From positions 438-64,437 of the forward strand of contig JAEWMX010000013.1 of NCBI GenBank assembly GCA_023393065.1: 64,000 bases of DNA, in the 5' to 3' direction. Every line of letters begins with the position of its first letter. The stretch's first letter is position 1. Under the pieces are notes generated by a model, which was not told the origin of the DNA, made no database searches, and saw only the letters and a list, made by a program, of their open reading frames with translations. A program made the translations under genes and the position numbers. Of this stretch, positions 25,726 to 35,675 are shown in pieces. The DNA is from Bacillota bacterium (GTDB lineage Bacteria; Bacillota_I; Bacilli_A; RFN20; CAG-826).

Positions 25726-27984
25726 TTATGTTAAAAAGTCATCAATTCCGTCGATTTCATGCTGCTTTTTCAGCCTTAATCCAACATGATATCTTTTTCG
25801 CTTCTGAACCAGTCTTCTATATCCATTTTTTTCTAATGAGGCGGTAAAATCACTTGTGCTTCTCGCATATTCATTATTCCCAGAACAGAAATTAATGTAT
25901 GTGCGATATAGATCTGAGGAGCTTTCTTTTGCCTTCGGATCAATCTCACAGCATTCATCAAGGAACTGTTGAAACCAGTCATTTTGCTCACGATATTCAT
26001 CGATTGCCGCCTTGACTACTGCGGGAGTTTCAATGATAAAATTGTCAGCTATTACCTTTCGGGCGCCTTCAATAATCCAATACAAAATGTACTCACCGCT
26101 CTGCTCAAGCAGCACTTCAGTAAAGTTCTTAATATCATCTGGCCCAGTCATTTTATTCTTAAATGGGATAACGATTAATCGTCTCCAAATACCATCATCA
26201 CTAGCACTAACCTTTGGTAGGTGGTTCGTATACAAGACCAATGTGTGCGAAGGAATAAAGGAGAATGGATCTTTATACTTCTTCTCAGCGAAAATCGCAT
26301 CTGTCGAACATAGTTGTTTGACTATCGAATCGTTGAGCCGCGCACCTTCCTGGCTTTCAGCCGCCATGATTAGTCGCTTACCACGAAGCTCAGCCATCTC
26401 GGGCTTGATATTACGTCGATTATTAACCGTTAACGTATCCGCTGAAAGATTTCCGCAGTATGAACCCATGACACGAGAAACAGCATTCCAGAAGGTTGAT
26501 TTCCCATTCCCGCCATCGCCATAAGCAATGATTAACGCTTCAATATAGACTTTCCCAATGGCTCCTAATCCACATATCCGTTGGACATATTCAATTAGCT
26601 CATCGTCACCAAATATCTTATTTAGACTCTTTTCCCATTCATCTTTACCTTTTAGGCTAGGAGTATAGGCAGTAATCTTCGTCATAAAATCATCTGGTCG
26701 ATGTTCTCTAGCACCACTGATGCCTTTCTTAAGGTCATAGGTTGCATTAGGCGTACACAGCAAGAAAGGATTCGCATCTAGTTCTTTAAAGTCAATCTCT
26801 AACATTGGATGAGACTCTTTCAAAGTTGCACTGATATTGGATGAACTGCGGCGCTTGACTGCGAATTCTTCATAATTTTTCGCCTCTTTATATTCCGCTA
26901 ATGCCGAATTTTGATCATCCGTCATTACGGTTGATTGCTTGTTTTTAGGGGTTACCGAAATAACATCAAAGACTTTCTCCTTACTTGCTTTCTTATAAGC
27001 TTCCAATACTTTTAGTTTTGCTTCCTTTAATTGGCGTCTAGTTAGTTCTTGCGCGATAAACTGTGCTCCTGGTTCGCTTTCTTGCCAGTAATTTCCTCGA
27101 TATCTTAAAAAATGCGTTTGCGGAGAATAACGCAGTTCGTTTGAAAAGTACTTCGCGAGCACTTCTGCTTGACCTACGTCGGACAAATCCCCAGGCACAT
27201 ATGAGTAATCGTCGTTATATACTTCAGGCGGAATGTAGGTACCGTCTTTAATTATCTTTTGATAAAACTTCTGTGCGCTTCGCCAAATCAGCTCGAGCTC
27301 ACTATCTTCTAATAGGGGAACACATAGTGTCGACTTTTCCAAAAAGAGCGCATAAGCTTCCTCAGTATCACCATACTTTTTAATGATGCGGCCAGCATAT
27401 TTGGACATCGTGCTATTACGATTTCCTTCAATAATTTTGTCATCGAAAGCATCCTCAAAGTCAGTTTCTTCAATAAACTCGTCAACATTGATTTTGCCTT
27501 TAACAATATCCACTTTTGCTTCCGATGTTCCGAAAAAGAAACGGCCTGCATCGAGTGCCTGCTTATCAAAATAAGGAAAAGCATCGCTGACCTTACGCTT
27601 TAAATCTGAGTACTTTTTAGCTTCAGTCACAAACGTAATTGGAAATAACACGTGGAAGCGTGGTCGCGCCTTTTTGCTTCCTTTATCTTTTTGGTGATTT
27701 CGTGAATAGTGAACTGCGAAAGTAACGTGAGAAAAGACTTCTTTAATGTCCTCGACATCAACCCAGCTACTCGGATCATCAGAGTGATCATTGTCGCAAT
27801 CGACGGCAAGACAGTCTGATCCGAGAAAATTATCAACACTACGATAGTTTTCTTTGTATAAGGCGCAGACATAGTCTTTGGATACCGCAGCTTTCAGTGT
27901 TTCACTATCGATAATCTCGATTTTATGGGGATAAAGACAGTTTGTTTGATTAATTAGGTAGTCTGAATAATACATTGTGAACAT
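25726..27984 (-). CDS. Primase-helicase (VirE/D5-P4 type)
   Basis: 752 aa. N-terminal primase-like region (AVDCDNDH) and a C-terminal Walker A (GDGGNGKST). Confidence 0.8.
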   Translation of the reverse strand: MFTMYYSDYLINQTNCLYPHKIEIIDSETLKAAVSKDYVCALYKENYRSVDNFLGSDCLAVDCDNDHSDDPSSWVDVEDIKEVFSHVTFAVHYSRNHQKDKGSKKARPRFHVLFPITFVTEAKKYSDLKRKVSDAFPYFDKQALDAGRFFFGTSEAKVDIVKGKINVDEFIEETDFEDAFDDKIIEGNRNSTMSKYAGRIIKKYGDTEEAYALFLEKSTLCVPLLEDSELELIWRSAQKFYQKIIKDGTYIPPEVYNDDYSYVPGDLSDVGQAEVLAKYFSNELRYSPQTHFLRYRGNYWQESEPGAQFIAQELTRRQLKEAKLKVLEAYKKASKEKVFDVISVTPKNKQSTVMTDDQNSALAEYKEAKNYEEFAVKRRSSSNISATLKESHPMLEIDFKELDANPFLLCTPNATYDLKKGISGAREHRPDDFMTKITAYTPSLKGKDEWEKSLNKIFGDDELIEYVQRICGLGAIGKVYIEALIIAYGDGGNGKSTFWNAVSRVMGSYCGNLSADTLTVNNRRNIKPEMAELRGKRLIMAAESQEGARLNDSIVKQLCSTDAIFAEKKYKDPFSFIPSHTLVLYTNHLPKVSASDDGIWRRLIVIPFKNKMTGPDDIKNFTEVLLEQSGEYILYWIIEGARKVIADNFIIETPAVVKAAIDEYREQNDWFQQFLDECCEIDPKAKESSSDLYRTYINFCSGNNEYARSTSDFTASLEKNGYRRLVQKRKRYHVGLRLKKQHEIDGIDDFLT

Positions 27985-27997
27985 GATGATTTCCCCT

Positions 27998-29956
27998 TTA
28001 TTTTTTCATATAAAACTTGCACGCATAGCCATCCGCTTTGAGGTTTAAGCCCCCAGCCCACGCTGGAACTGTGGCCATGATTTTTGTAATGGATTCGACG
28101 GTTACAGTCTTTGGAACTTCAACTACAATTTCGTCATGAATATGCATCACAATTATTTGATCTTTCATGAGGTTAATTGAGTGACATAAAATATCTCGAG
28201 CAATCCCTTGGACAATGTTTTCGACAAACTTTGGTCCATAAGAGTCAAGTCGCGACCATTTCTTCGTTTGTGAGTGCATACCAGAATAGGTCACACACTC
28301 GCTTCTAAACTTATTCAGTCCGATCTTAGGCATCACATATGCCAATTCTCGTCCACTCGGCAATTTGATAAATAGCATGCCGCTTCGATGCGTAAAGGTT
28401 AAACCGTAGCGTGTCATTGACGTACCATCTCCATCAGAGATGACTTTTTTGACTGCTTTATCGATGTCCCACCAGAGTTTTGTTATGTTTTGATTGGCAT
28501 CACGCCAACTAGAAACTAAAGTAGGTAGTTCTTCTTCAGCTAAGCCCATGTCGAGAGCTCCCATTTCAGTCAGTGCCCCTGTAGAACCACCATAGCCAAG
28601 CGCTAGCTCGGCAATTTTCCCTTTTTGACGAAGATGACCATTGATTCCATTTTTAACTACTGGCACATTAAACATCTTTGAAGCTGAGGCGCAGTAAATA
28701 TCTTCATTCCGAGCGAAGGCATCGATACGCCACTGCTCTTTAGCAAGCCAGGCAATAACTCGCGCTTCAATCGATGAAAAGTCAGCAACGATAAACTTAT
28801 GACCTTCACGAGGTATAAAAGCAGTACGGATTAGTTGCGATAAGGTATCCGGGACATCTTCATAAAGCATTTTTAGCGCGTTGAGGTCTTCAAGTTTTAC
28901 TAAGTCACGAGCGAGTTCAATGTCATCTAGTTTGTTTTGTGGTAGATTCTGGAGTTGCACGATCCTAGAAGAAAAACGGCCTGTGCGATTAGCGCCATAG
29001 AACGAGAACATGCCACGAATTCGACCATCGGCACACACTGCATCCATCATGCGCATGTACTTTTTAGTGGATGTTTTTGATAGCATTTGGCGCAGTGCCA
29101 TTGCTTCTCCGACAGGATCATCGATATTATCGAGTCTAATTTTTTCAACACTCTTTTTACCGAGATCATCAAGGTCTATTCCACATTTCATTAACCACGT
29201 TTTTATTTGTGATACTGAATTAGGATTATCGACATTCGTTAGGTTTTTCATGGCAAATGCAAGCTCTTTTGATGCTTTTTCATTTATTTCTATGCATTTA
29301 TGCACAAAATCACGATCAAGTAATACCCCTTGATCATTGATTGTTTGATCGGCAACATACTCATCCCAAACAAAGTCTGGTACTGGGTAATTCTTAAGAC
29401 GATCCTTTATGGCAAGTTCCACATCAACATCACGAACATTGTATAGCTTAAAATTCTTCCATTTGATTGGATCATGATAATAATAGAATCTTGGTTTTCC
29501 CCGCTTTGAAGGGGAACAAAAATGTTTAATGAGTTCTTTACCTTCATCGAGTTTTTGCACTTTTAGTTTTAGTGTTTCAGCGACAGCTTTAAGAGAAAGT
29601 GGTAGACCTAAGTATGCACTCCAGACCATTGTGCATCTCCATGATTTTGGTGATAAGTATTCGCCTGGAGGCGATCCTAGAAACTTTGATAAGCAGATAC
29701 GCTCAAATGATGCATTAAACGCCCACTTAGTGATGCATTCATCTTTTAAGAGGGCAATAATCTCGGATGGTATTGTCTCGCCACTAGCTAGATCCACCAC
29801 CCGAGTTACGCCGCCATCAACTGAATAACCGAAGAGCAATACTTCAAAGTCGTTAGCTTCAACGTATTTATATACTCCGCAGTTATTCAAGTCGATGCTG
29901 CTATATGTTTCTATGTCGATTGATAAATTTTTAGCCCAGGAAGTCGTCACTGTCAT
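27998..29956 (-). CDS. Family A DNA polymerase with 3'-5' exonuclease
   Basis: The Exo I motif LSIDIETYS and FSSIEARV, HDEIVVEV. The start is uncertain (29956, 29974 or 30007). Confidence 0.85.
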   Translation of the reverse strand: MTVTTSWAKNLSIDIETYSSIDLNNCGVYKYVEANDFEVLLFGYSVDGGVTRVVDLASGETIPSEIIALLKDECITKWAFNASFERICLSKFLGSPPGEYLSPKSWRCTMVWSAYLGLPLSLKAVAETLKLKVQKLDEGKELIKHFCSPSKRGKPRFYYYHDPIKWKNFKLYNVRDVDVELAIKDRLKNYPVPDFVWDEYVADQTINDQGVLLDRDFVHKCIEINEKASKELAFAMKNLTNVDNPNSVSQIKTWLMKCGIDLDDLGKKSVEKIRLDNIDDPVGEAMALRQMLSKTSTKKYMRMMDAVCADGRIRGMFSFYGANRTGRFSSRIVQLQNLPQNKLDDIELARDLVKLEDLNALKMLYEDVPDTLSQLIRTAFIPREGHKFIVADFSSIEARVIAWLAKEQWRIDAFARNEDIYCASASKMFNVPVVKNGINGHLRQKGKIAELALGYGGSTGALTEMGALDMGLAEEELPTLVSSWRDANQNITKLWWDIDKAVKKVISDGDGTSMTRYGLTFTHRSGMLFIKLPSGRELAYVMPKIGLNKFRSECVTYSGMHSQTKKWSRLDSYGPKFVENIVQGIARDILCHSINLMKDQIIVMHIHDEIVVEVPKTVTVESITKIMATVPAWAGGLNLKADGYACKFYMKK

Positions 29957-30491
29957 TAGTGGCAAAGTCGGCATCAGGCGTTGATTTACTTCCGAGTGGT
30001 TCCCCATCACGAATTTTTTGTAGGTGGTTCAAGCCGCAAGCGATACCTTTGTTGCCATTGTTGTTGAATGCATAGAAGGTAATTGATGCACGACCATAAA
30101 TACCACTATAGATTTCACTTGTTTCAATAATTCGATTGAGAGCCGCATCGACAACTTCTGGTTTGTTTGTTGAGTTGGCATTAACGAAATAGCTATTTTT
30201 ATAAGCCACATCGTTTGCTCTTTCTATGTCGCCATCACGAAGTGGGTTTTTAATTGCCGTCATCGGTGGGACAGCTTTTCCAGCACCACGAAGCTTGAAT
30301 TCGCCTTCTTTATAGGCCGCTTCAACAGCGCTTTGGATTTTCTTCACTAAATCGGTATCCGACTTAGGGATAATGAGTGAGACAGAATACTTGGGAACTC
30401 CGCCTTCTGTCGTGGCTCTAGGTTCATTTGCGATTAAGTAGCTGAATCTGACTACTGATGTAATTACCTTACATGGGTTTGTTTTTGACAT
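29931..30491 (-). CDS. DUF2815-like (ssDNA-binding-like) protein
   Basis: ATG at 30491 behind GGAGG. It contains VVRFSYLIANEPRA...KYSVSLIIPK. Confidence 0.55.
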   Translation of the reverse strand: MSKTNPCKVITSVVRFSYLIANEPRATTEGGVPKYSVSLIIPKSDTDLVKKIQSAVEAAYKEGEFKLRGAGKAVPPMTAIKNPLRDGDIERANDVAYKNSYFVNANSTNKPEVVDAALNRIIETSEIYSGIYGRASITFYAFNNNGNKGIACGLNHLQKIRDGEPLGSKSTPDADFATNDSDDFLG

Positions 30492-30498
30492 GATTTTT

Positions 30499-31632
30499 CT
30501 ATTCCTCCATGAAATCATTTTTTGCCAAGTTAAGTTCCGACCTCGCGTCATTATCTTCAACGAGAGTTGGCTTGCCGGATGGTTTATAGACATATTTGTT
30601 TACTAGTTCGGTAAATTTAGCCTTACCGAGGCGTTTCGTTAATTCAGCAATGGATAAGAGTTTTCTTTCAAATGGATCGAGTCCAGCTTCTTCCACCGCC
30701 CTGATGACATCGTCTTCTGATGTGTACTTACGATTAGAGCGTCCTTCGACTAACTTATAACCAGGTATTTGTTTTCCTTTTAGGGCTTCAGCTAGGGCAT
30801 AATCTTTGATGTCATTGCCCCAGGCAACGAGTTCGTCTATTTTGCCGAGAATCTCTGCGATTTCCTCAAGCGACATTAATGCTTTGTCCTTTGCTCGATA
30901 GCCTTCAAGTTTGAGCATCTTTTCTGCTCTATATCTACAGTCATGGCGCGCTTTACAAAATTGGCACCATGAACCGCAGTTGAATTCACCTTTACCTTCA
31001 TAAGCCAGGGCTGTTTTTGGTTTGACTTCGTTGACTACCCATTCGACAAGTTCATCTTTGCTGCATGACCATTCGGATATGTTATTGAGTCTTGGTTGGA
31101 TGATCACCATGTTAATGTCATCGATGTCGTACAAAGACTCAAACATGCGTAAGCTTCCATATGCATAAATCATTAACTGAGGATTATGTTCGCAGCTGAC
31201 TTCAACACCGCGACCTGCCTTGAAGTCGCTGACATAGATTCCGCCATCATAGACGATCACTACATCTGATGAACCCATTCCTTCTGGGACGACATCTGAG
31301 AAATCCACGAGCACCTCGCTGGCGATGAAAGGGTGCTTTCCTTCGACCTTTAATTTGTCATATATTTCCGATATGCAATTCAGGGCAACGTCAGTCCATT
31401 CTTCCATTTCTTCGCTATAGAATTCGAGGTTCGTTGTATCTGCTTCAAAGGGGATTCCGTAGCGTTCTTTTATCTTTTTTTCGAGTAAAAGGTGCGCAGA
31501 ACTTCCCTCTTTTGCATAAATTGAGCCTTCGTCTTCATAGTTTTCTGTAAGCCTTACGCTAGGAGGACATTCCATAGCTCTTTTTAGAGAGCTGCCACCA
31601 ATCAGGGAGTGTCCATTAGTCTTTGGTGGCAT
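30499..31632 (-). CDS. PD-(D/E)XK Cas4-like nuclease (DUF2800-like)
   Basis: SDVVIV...VSDFKAG and a C-terminal Cys cluster (CGSWCQFCKARHDC). Confidence 0.6.
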   Translation of the reverse strand: MPPKTNGHSLIGGSSLKRAMECPPSVRLTENYEDEGSIYAKEGSSAHLLLEKKIKERYGIPFEADTTNLEFYSEEMEEWTDVALNCISEIYDKLKVEGKHPFIASEVLVDFSDVVPEGMGSSDVVIVYDGGIYVSDFKAGRGVEVSCEHNPQLMIYAYGSLRMFESLYDIDDINMVIIQPRLNNISEWSCSKDELVEWVVNEVKPKTALAYEGKGEFNCGSWCQFCKARHDCRYRAEKMLKLEGYRAKDKALMSLEEIAEILGKIDELVAWGNDIKDYALAEALKGKQIPGYKLVEGRSNRKYTSEDDVIRAVEEAGLDPFERKLLSIAELTKRLGKAKFTELVNKYVYKPSGKPTLVEDNDARSELNLAKNDFMEE

Positions 31633-31993
31633 TGCTTAACTCCTGTGCTTTGGCTAATAGTTCTGCATAATCTTTCGGATCGACTTCGCTTAATTTGCTA
31701 ACGCCTAGTCCAATTAGCATCATACGAACATTGGCTGTGTAACCTTTTCTAGATAAGTCAGCTAGAACAGTTCTAACTTCTTCAAGAGTGGGTTGATGTT
31801 TTTCTTCAACAGCAGGTTCAACCTTCTTTGGCATTTCTGCTTCCGAATGGTCGGTCTCTGGCTGCGTCTCTGCGACGAGTGCATTAAAAGTTTCAAAGAA
31901 GTTATTAATTGCACTCACCAACTTGGGATAAACAATGAGGATCTTATCGTCTTGTTTCGATTTTGCCATTTGCATTTTCTCCTTTCTTAACAT
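31616..31993 (-). CDS. Hypothetical protein
   Basis: 125-aa ORF in the replication module. Confidence 0.4.
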   Translation of the reverse strand: MLRKEKMQMAKSKQDDKILIVYPKLVSAINNFFETFNALVAETQPETDHSEAEMPKKVEPAVEEKHQPTLEEVRTVLADLSRKGYTANVRMMLIGLGVSKLSEVDPKDYAELLAKAQELSNATKD

Positions 31994-32159
31994 CCTCGAT
32001 AGTGACTTTTTCTACCGAAGCCCCGATTGCAATCACCGTGAGATTGCTTTTAGTGCCGAAGATCTTGTTCATCAACCTTTTTGAGAGGGACATCCTCTTG
32101 GCAGCTACCACACCATCTGGGTTAGGTGTTTTTGAGATTTGTACTTTTACTTCCTTCAA
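31944..32159 (-). CDS. Hypothetical small protein
   Basis: 71-aa ORF with a TTG start. Confidence 0.3.
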   Translation of the reverse strand: MKEVKVQISKTPNPDGVVAAKRMSLSKRLMNKIFGTKSNLTVIAIGASVEKVTIEDVKKGENANGKIETRR

Positions 32160-32194
32160 TTAAGTACCTCGCTTTCTGAAGAGCTCGTCTTCAC

Positions 32195-32227
32195 TACTAC
32201 ACACATTTGGTGTCGTTTTTTGGGGGT
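32195..32227 (-). promoter_or_regulatory. Bipartite conserved motif, copy 2
   Basis: Minus strand: ACCCCCAAAAA-N11-ATGTGTGTAGTA, the same spacing as 3605..3637. It overlaps the 3' end of ORF 32197..32763. Confidence 0.4.
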
Positions 32228-32694
32228 AGTTTTGAAAAGAATTTTTGTAATTTTTTTTGAATTGCTTTAAAACACTCGAAAATAGATGAAACATCAACAC
32301 CTTCGAGTTCAGCGATTTTACATAGGGTGTAGTCTGGGTGCTCTTCTTTAAGCTGATAACGTCTTAGCTGAGTTTCAGTGAGAGATGACAAAAAGGACGA
32401 GATTGTGTCCTCGTCTAGTGTTTCATCATCAACATAGGTATCCGTTGCTTTATCAGGAATGTCTTCAATATCAAGTTCCATTCCTTTATAAAAACGGGCT
32501 CTATGCCTATCGTGTCTCACGTCTTGCGCGTGTTCTTCTTTTAGCGATTGTTCTAAGAAGACGCACCATTCTTCTTGGGGGTCATATTTGACTCTTTGGG
32601 TTGTTCCATCATCAAATTTCCAAGAGAAATAAAGAGGTTTATTAGTTTCTTTGTTGCGCACCAAAAATACGCCTGGATTATCATAGTTTTTCAT
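32197..32694 (-). CDS. Sigma-70 region-4-like HTH protein (early regulator)
   Basis: C-terminus LTETQLRRYQLKEEHPDYTLCKIAELEGVDVSSIFECFKAIQKKL. The start is uncertain (32694 or 32763). Confidence 0.45.
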   Translation of the reverse strand: MKNYDNPGVFLVRNKETNKPLYFSWKFDDGTTQRVKYDPQEEWCVFLEQSLKEEHAQDVRHDRHRARFYKGMELDIEDIPDKATDTYVDDETLDEDTISSFLSSLTETQLRRYQLKEEHPDYTLCKIAELEGVDVSSIFECFKAIQKKLQKFFSKLPPKNDTKCV

Positions 32695-32944
32695 GTTTTT
32701 ACCTTGCTTTCCGCGAGATAAACCCATGAAGAAAACAGCTCTAAAAAGAATGCCTGAATTCAACTAGTGATTAATCTCGCTAATTTTGAATATGCAGACA
32801 ACCTTATAGGTAGGCTGTTTTGCTTTGTGAGAAGCGTCCTATGTAGACGTCATATCACTTCTCGAACAAAGATTAACATTTAGAATAGACCCTGTAAAAA
32901 CAGGTCCTGTCCAGTAAAAAAACCATGATTTTATCGATGTTTTT

Positions 32945-33013
32945 CAATAAAAAAAGAGGTTGCATAATGTCAACCCCTTAATATTTTGATTTAAAATGGA
33001 CAAGTGCTGTCCA
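32945..33013 (-). promoter_or_regulatory. Candidate early promoter/operator region
   Basis: Minus-strand TTGACA at 32973..32968. Palindrome GGACAAGTGCTGTCC at 32999..33013. A second CTGTCCA occurs at 32908..32914. Confidence 0.3.
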
Positions 33014-34915
33014 CTATAATTTATCTCTTGTTAATGGTTTTCCAGTCCTCTTAATTAAAAACTCATTTACCTTTTCTGCTGGGTGCTCCCTAAAGAATGT
33101 TAAAACTGAGCTCAATGAATCATCAAGTTCGTTCCCCGGTACTAGAGTAATTCCAGCTGAAGCCAAAAGTATCCATGCGATTTTAGGTGGAACATTTAGT
33201 CCTCTAATAATTGCAACAACAGTCCTTTTGTCTTTTTCTTTATCGTAATCGGATCTGTACCGACTTATTGTTTTTATACTTACATCGGCATCTTCAGATA
33301 AACTCTGTTCATCGATATCGAGAAACTCCATCAAGATAGTAAGAGCTTCACCAAATTGAACACCGGAAATTTTTGAAATAACACTATTAACATTTTTTTC
33401 GTGCAACTTATGCTTCTTTTGTCCTTCTTCTGTCATTATCAAGGCAGTGTTTTTTTGAAGAGTCAAATCATACTCTACTAATTTTGATCTATCTCTGCAT
33501 AGATAGCACATCATGTCTAAATCAAGAGGAAGGGAATCGTTCTTATATCTGACGGCAAATTTTACTGCACATTCATCAATATGCAATCTAGCATAGTCGG
33601 TAAGTAGTAAAACACCTTTATTGTTTTTAAACACATATCTCGCATCATTTAAAATCAAGTGATTTTCTACGAAAAGAAAACCGCATGTGTTTAAATACGA
33701 GATCAACTCTTGTTTGAGAAGCAATTCTAGAGATAGGTCGTTAACACTAATCGTGAAGGTCTCATTAGCCTTTAAAGAATCTTTATTGAATGCGTATGGT
33801 CTGATATATGAACCGTCAACCCAGTTAAGTACTCCAATTGCTTCAATAATGCCGATATCAATTAATCTTTTCCTTGCTGCATAGCGAGTAACTTTAAAGA
33901 TACTTGATAATTCATCAATAACATATGGTAGTAGGTCAATCACGTTTCCGCCAAACAGACGACCATAATCTTCAATCAGTTGAAATGCCATTTTTTGGAA
34001 CATTTCTACAGGCATTAAAATATAGGGGGCCAATGCATTGGCTTGCATTTCAATTCTCGCTAGAGTGCTTGTTGTATTGGCGTCTATCCCGCCATGTGTT
34101 TTACAACGTATATTCTTTAGACTGCCATCTAAAATTTGAGAAAAAAGAAAGGCCTTATAGTGAAAATAAGAATGGACACATTCATGTACCACTGTCATAT
34201 TTCTAGATCCAAAAGAATATAGAAAATTTACCTGGTCATCAATTAAAATCGTATTTGCATTTACTTTTATTGAGCGCTTATTGTTGTCTGAATCGAAAAT
34301 ATCCGTATCGGAATCCGCAAAAAAGAATTGGCCAAATATTGAAGAGTCGTCAGTGATTTCAACTGGTACGATGGTAAGTCCCATTCTATTAGCCAATAAA
34401 TCTACGTCAATTGGCATCGGAGTAGCAAGGGCTTCGGGATAAAACTTTTCAAGGATATCATTTGCATAAGAATCAAAATTACTCTTGTCCATAAACGGAA
34501 TAAAGTCACCTGTTAATGGACTATCGAGTTTTGTTTTATTACCATCATATTCGGCTATTGAGTTAATTACGAAATCTTTGAACTTATTCTTAAGGTCGCT
34601 CGTGCAAGAAACTTTAAACCAAACTCTGGCTGAACAGTCTTCGTGATCGTGTCTTTTTCCACACACCCCAACGCAATCTAAATCAACCTCAAGAAGAACA
34701 TCAAAATCAATTACTGAAGGTCCCACTCCATTAATTCGGACAGATTTAAAATTAAGGTAGGCTTCATTCACCTCATTAACGAAATGGAATCCGAAGTCAT
34801 TGATGTGCTCCAGGACCATTTTTCGATTTGAATTACAGTGTTTTAATATCTTATCATGGATATATAGGCCTATGTCGCTGTTTTCTATATATTCGAGAAA
34901 GGTGTTCTTCGTCAT
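33014..34915 (-). CDS. Large ImmA/IrrE-like HExxH metallopeptidase with a C-terminal HTH domain
   Basis: HECVHSYFH motif and a C-terminal HTH-like segment (DADVSIKTISRYRSD). ATG at 34915 forms ATGA with the stop of the upstream gene. Confidence 0.65.
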   Translation of the reverse strand: MTKNTFLEYIENSDIGLYIHDKILKHCNSNRKMVLEHINDFGFHFVNEVNEAYLNFKSVRINGVGPSVIDFDVLLEVDLDCVGVCGKRHDHEDCSARVWFKVSCTSDLKNKFKDFVINSIAEYDGNKTKLDSPLTGDFIPFMDKSNFDSYANDILEKFYPEALATPMPIDVDLLANRMGLTIVPVEITDDSSIFGQFFFADSDTDIFDSDNNKRSIKVNANTILIDDQVNFLYSFGSRNMTVVHECVHSYFHYKAFLFSQILDGSLKNIRCKTHGGIDANTTSTLARIEMQANALAPYILMPVEMFQKMAFQLIEDYGRLFGGNVIDLLPYVIDELSSIFKVTRYAARKRLIDIGIIEAIGVLNWVDGSYIRPYAFNKDSLKANETFTISVNDLSLELLLKQELISYLNTCGFLFVENHLILNDARYVFKNNKGVLLLTDYARLHIDECAVKFAVRYKNDSLPLDLDMMCYLCRDRSKLVEYDLTLQKNTALIMTEEGQKKHKLHEKNVNSVISKISGVQFGEALTILMEFLDIDEQSLSEDADVSIKTISRYRSDYDKEKDKRTVVAIIRGLNVPPKIAWILLASAGITLVPGNELDDSLSSVLTFFREHPAEKVNEFLIKRTGKPLTRDKL

Positions 34916-35673
34916 TCTGAACTTGTGCCTTTCTTTATGTGAAATTTTATATTGTTCTTTTGGCAGAAATCTGAAACGAAGGAAGCGCACTCATTAAAGA
35001 ATTCTTTATATCCTTTGTATTCGCTTACTTGTTTGTTATAGTGAAGCCTTCCAAAAACTATGTAATCAACAAAAGAAATGCTGTTTAAAATATCTTTTAA
35101 ATCTTGATCGCAGATATTAGGGGTTGGATAAGGCTCGATGCTAACCCATGTGTAAAAACCGGCGTCGTGTAGTTTTTTGAGTGCTTTAATTCGTTCCTGG
35201 TATGAAGGAGTGAAAGGTTCATATTTCTTCCGAAAATTCTCATCAAGAGAAACTAGGGTAATTCCATACTCGTTTATTTTTTTGGTGTTAAGAAGTTCGT
35301 CTGGAAGAATACTTTTTGTGAGTATCACCACCTTAATATTTTCTTTGTTTAATCTATTGATTATTTTTAGACTAAGGTCCCCAACCTCTGGGTAGTCGAC
35401 CATAAAAGGATCTGTTGTAAATGAAAGTTGAACCGATTTGATTTGCTTTTTGTATCTAGGAAGTTCTTTTTCCAATAACTCCATAGCGTTCGATACAATC
35501 TTCGGTTCAATCCATTCTTTATAGGATTTAACATTACCGAACCTCCTCGCCATATTAAAAGCATAGCAAGGGTATGTACATCCGTGCGCGCATCCTTTCA
35601 CATGATTAATTGTAAAATCACCATATTCAACTTCTGTTCTATATAGAAGAGTTTTCTTTGTTGTTGAGTTCAT
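34912..35673 (-). CDS. Three-Cys-motif radical-SAM/SPL(SplB)-like protein
   Basis: GCAHGCTYPCYA (CX3CX3C), SFTTDPF and a TIM-barrel-like alternation. Start is ATG 35673 or TTG 35679. Confidence 0.65.
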   Translation of the reverse strand: MNSTTKKTLLYRTEVEYGDFTINHVKGCAHGCTYPCYAFNMARRFGNVKSYKEWIEPKIVSNAMELLEKELPRYKKQIKSVQLSFTTDPFMVDYPEVGDLSLKIINRLNKENIKVVILTKSILPDELLNTKKINEYGITLVSLDENFRKKYEPFTPSYQERIKALKKLHDAGFYTWVSIEPYPTPNICDQDLKDILNSISFVDYIVFGRLHYNKQVSEYKGYKEFFNECASFVSDFCQKNNIKFHIKKGTSSE

Positions 35674-35675
35674 AA

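Noticed and set aside
25312-26524. Plus-strand ORFs (130, 69 and 170 aa) opposite the VRR-NUC and primase genes.
   Set aside because: They are antisense to motif-bearing CDSs, lack an RBS, and have Ser/Phe/Leu-rich composition.
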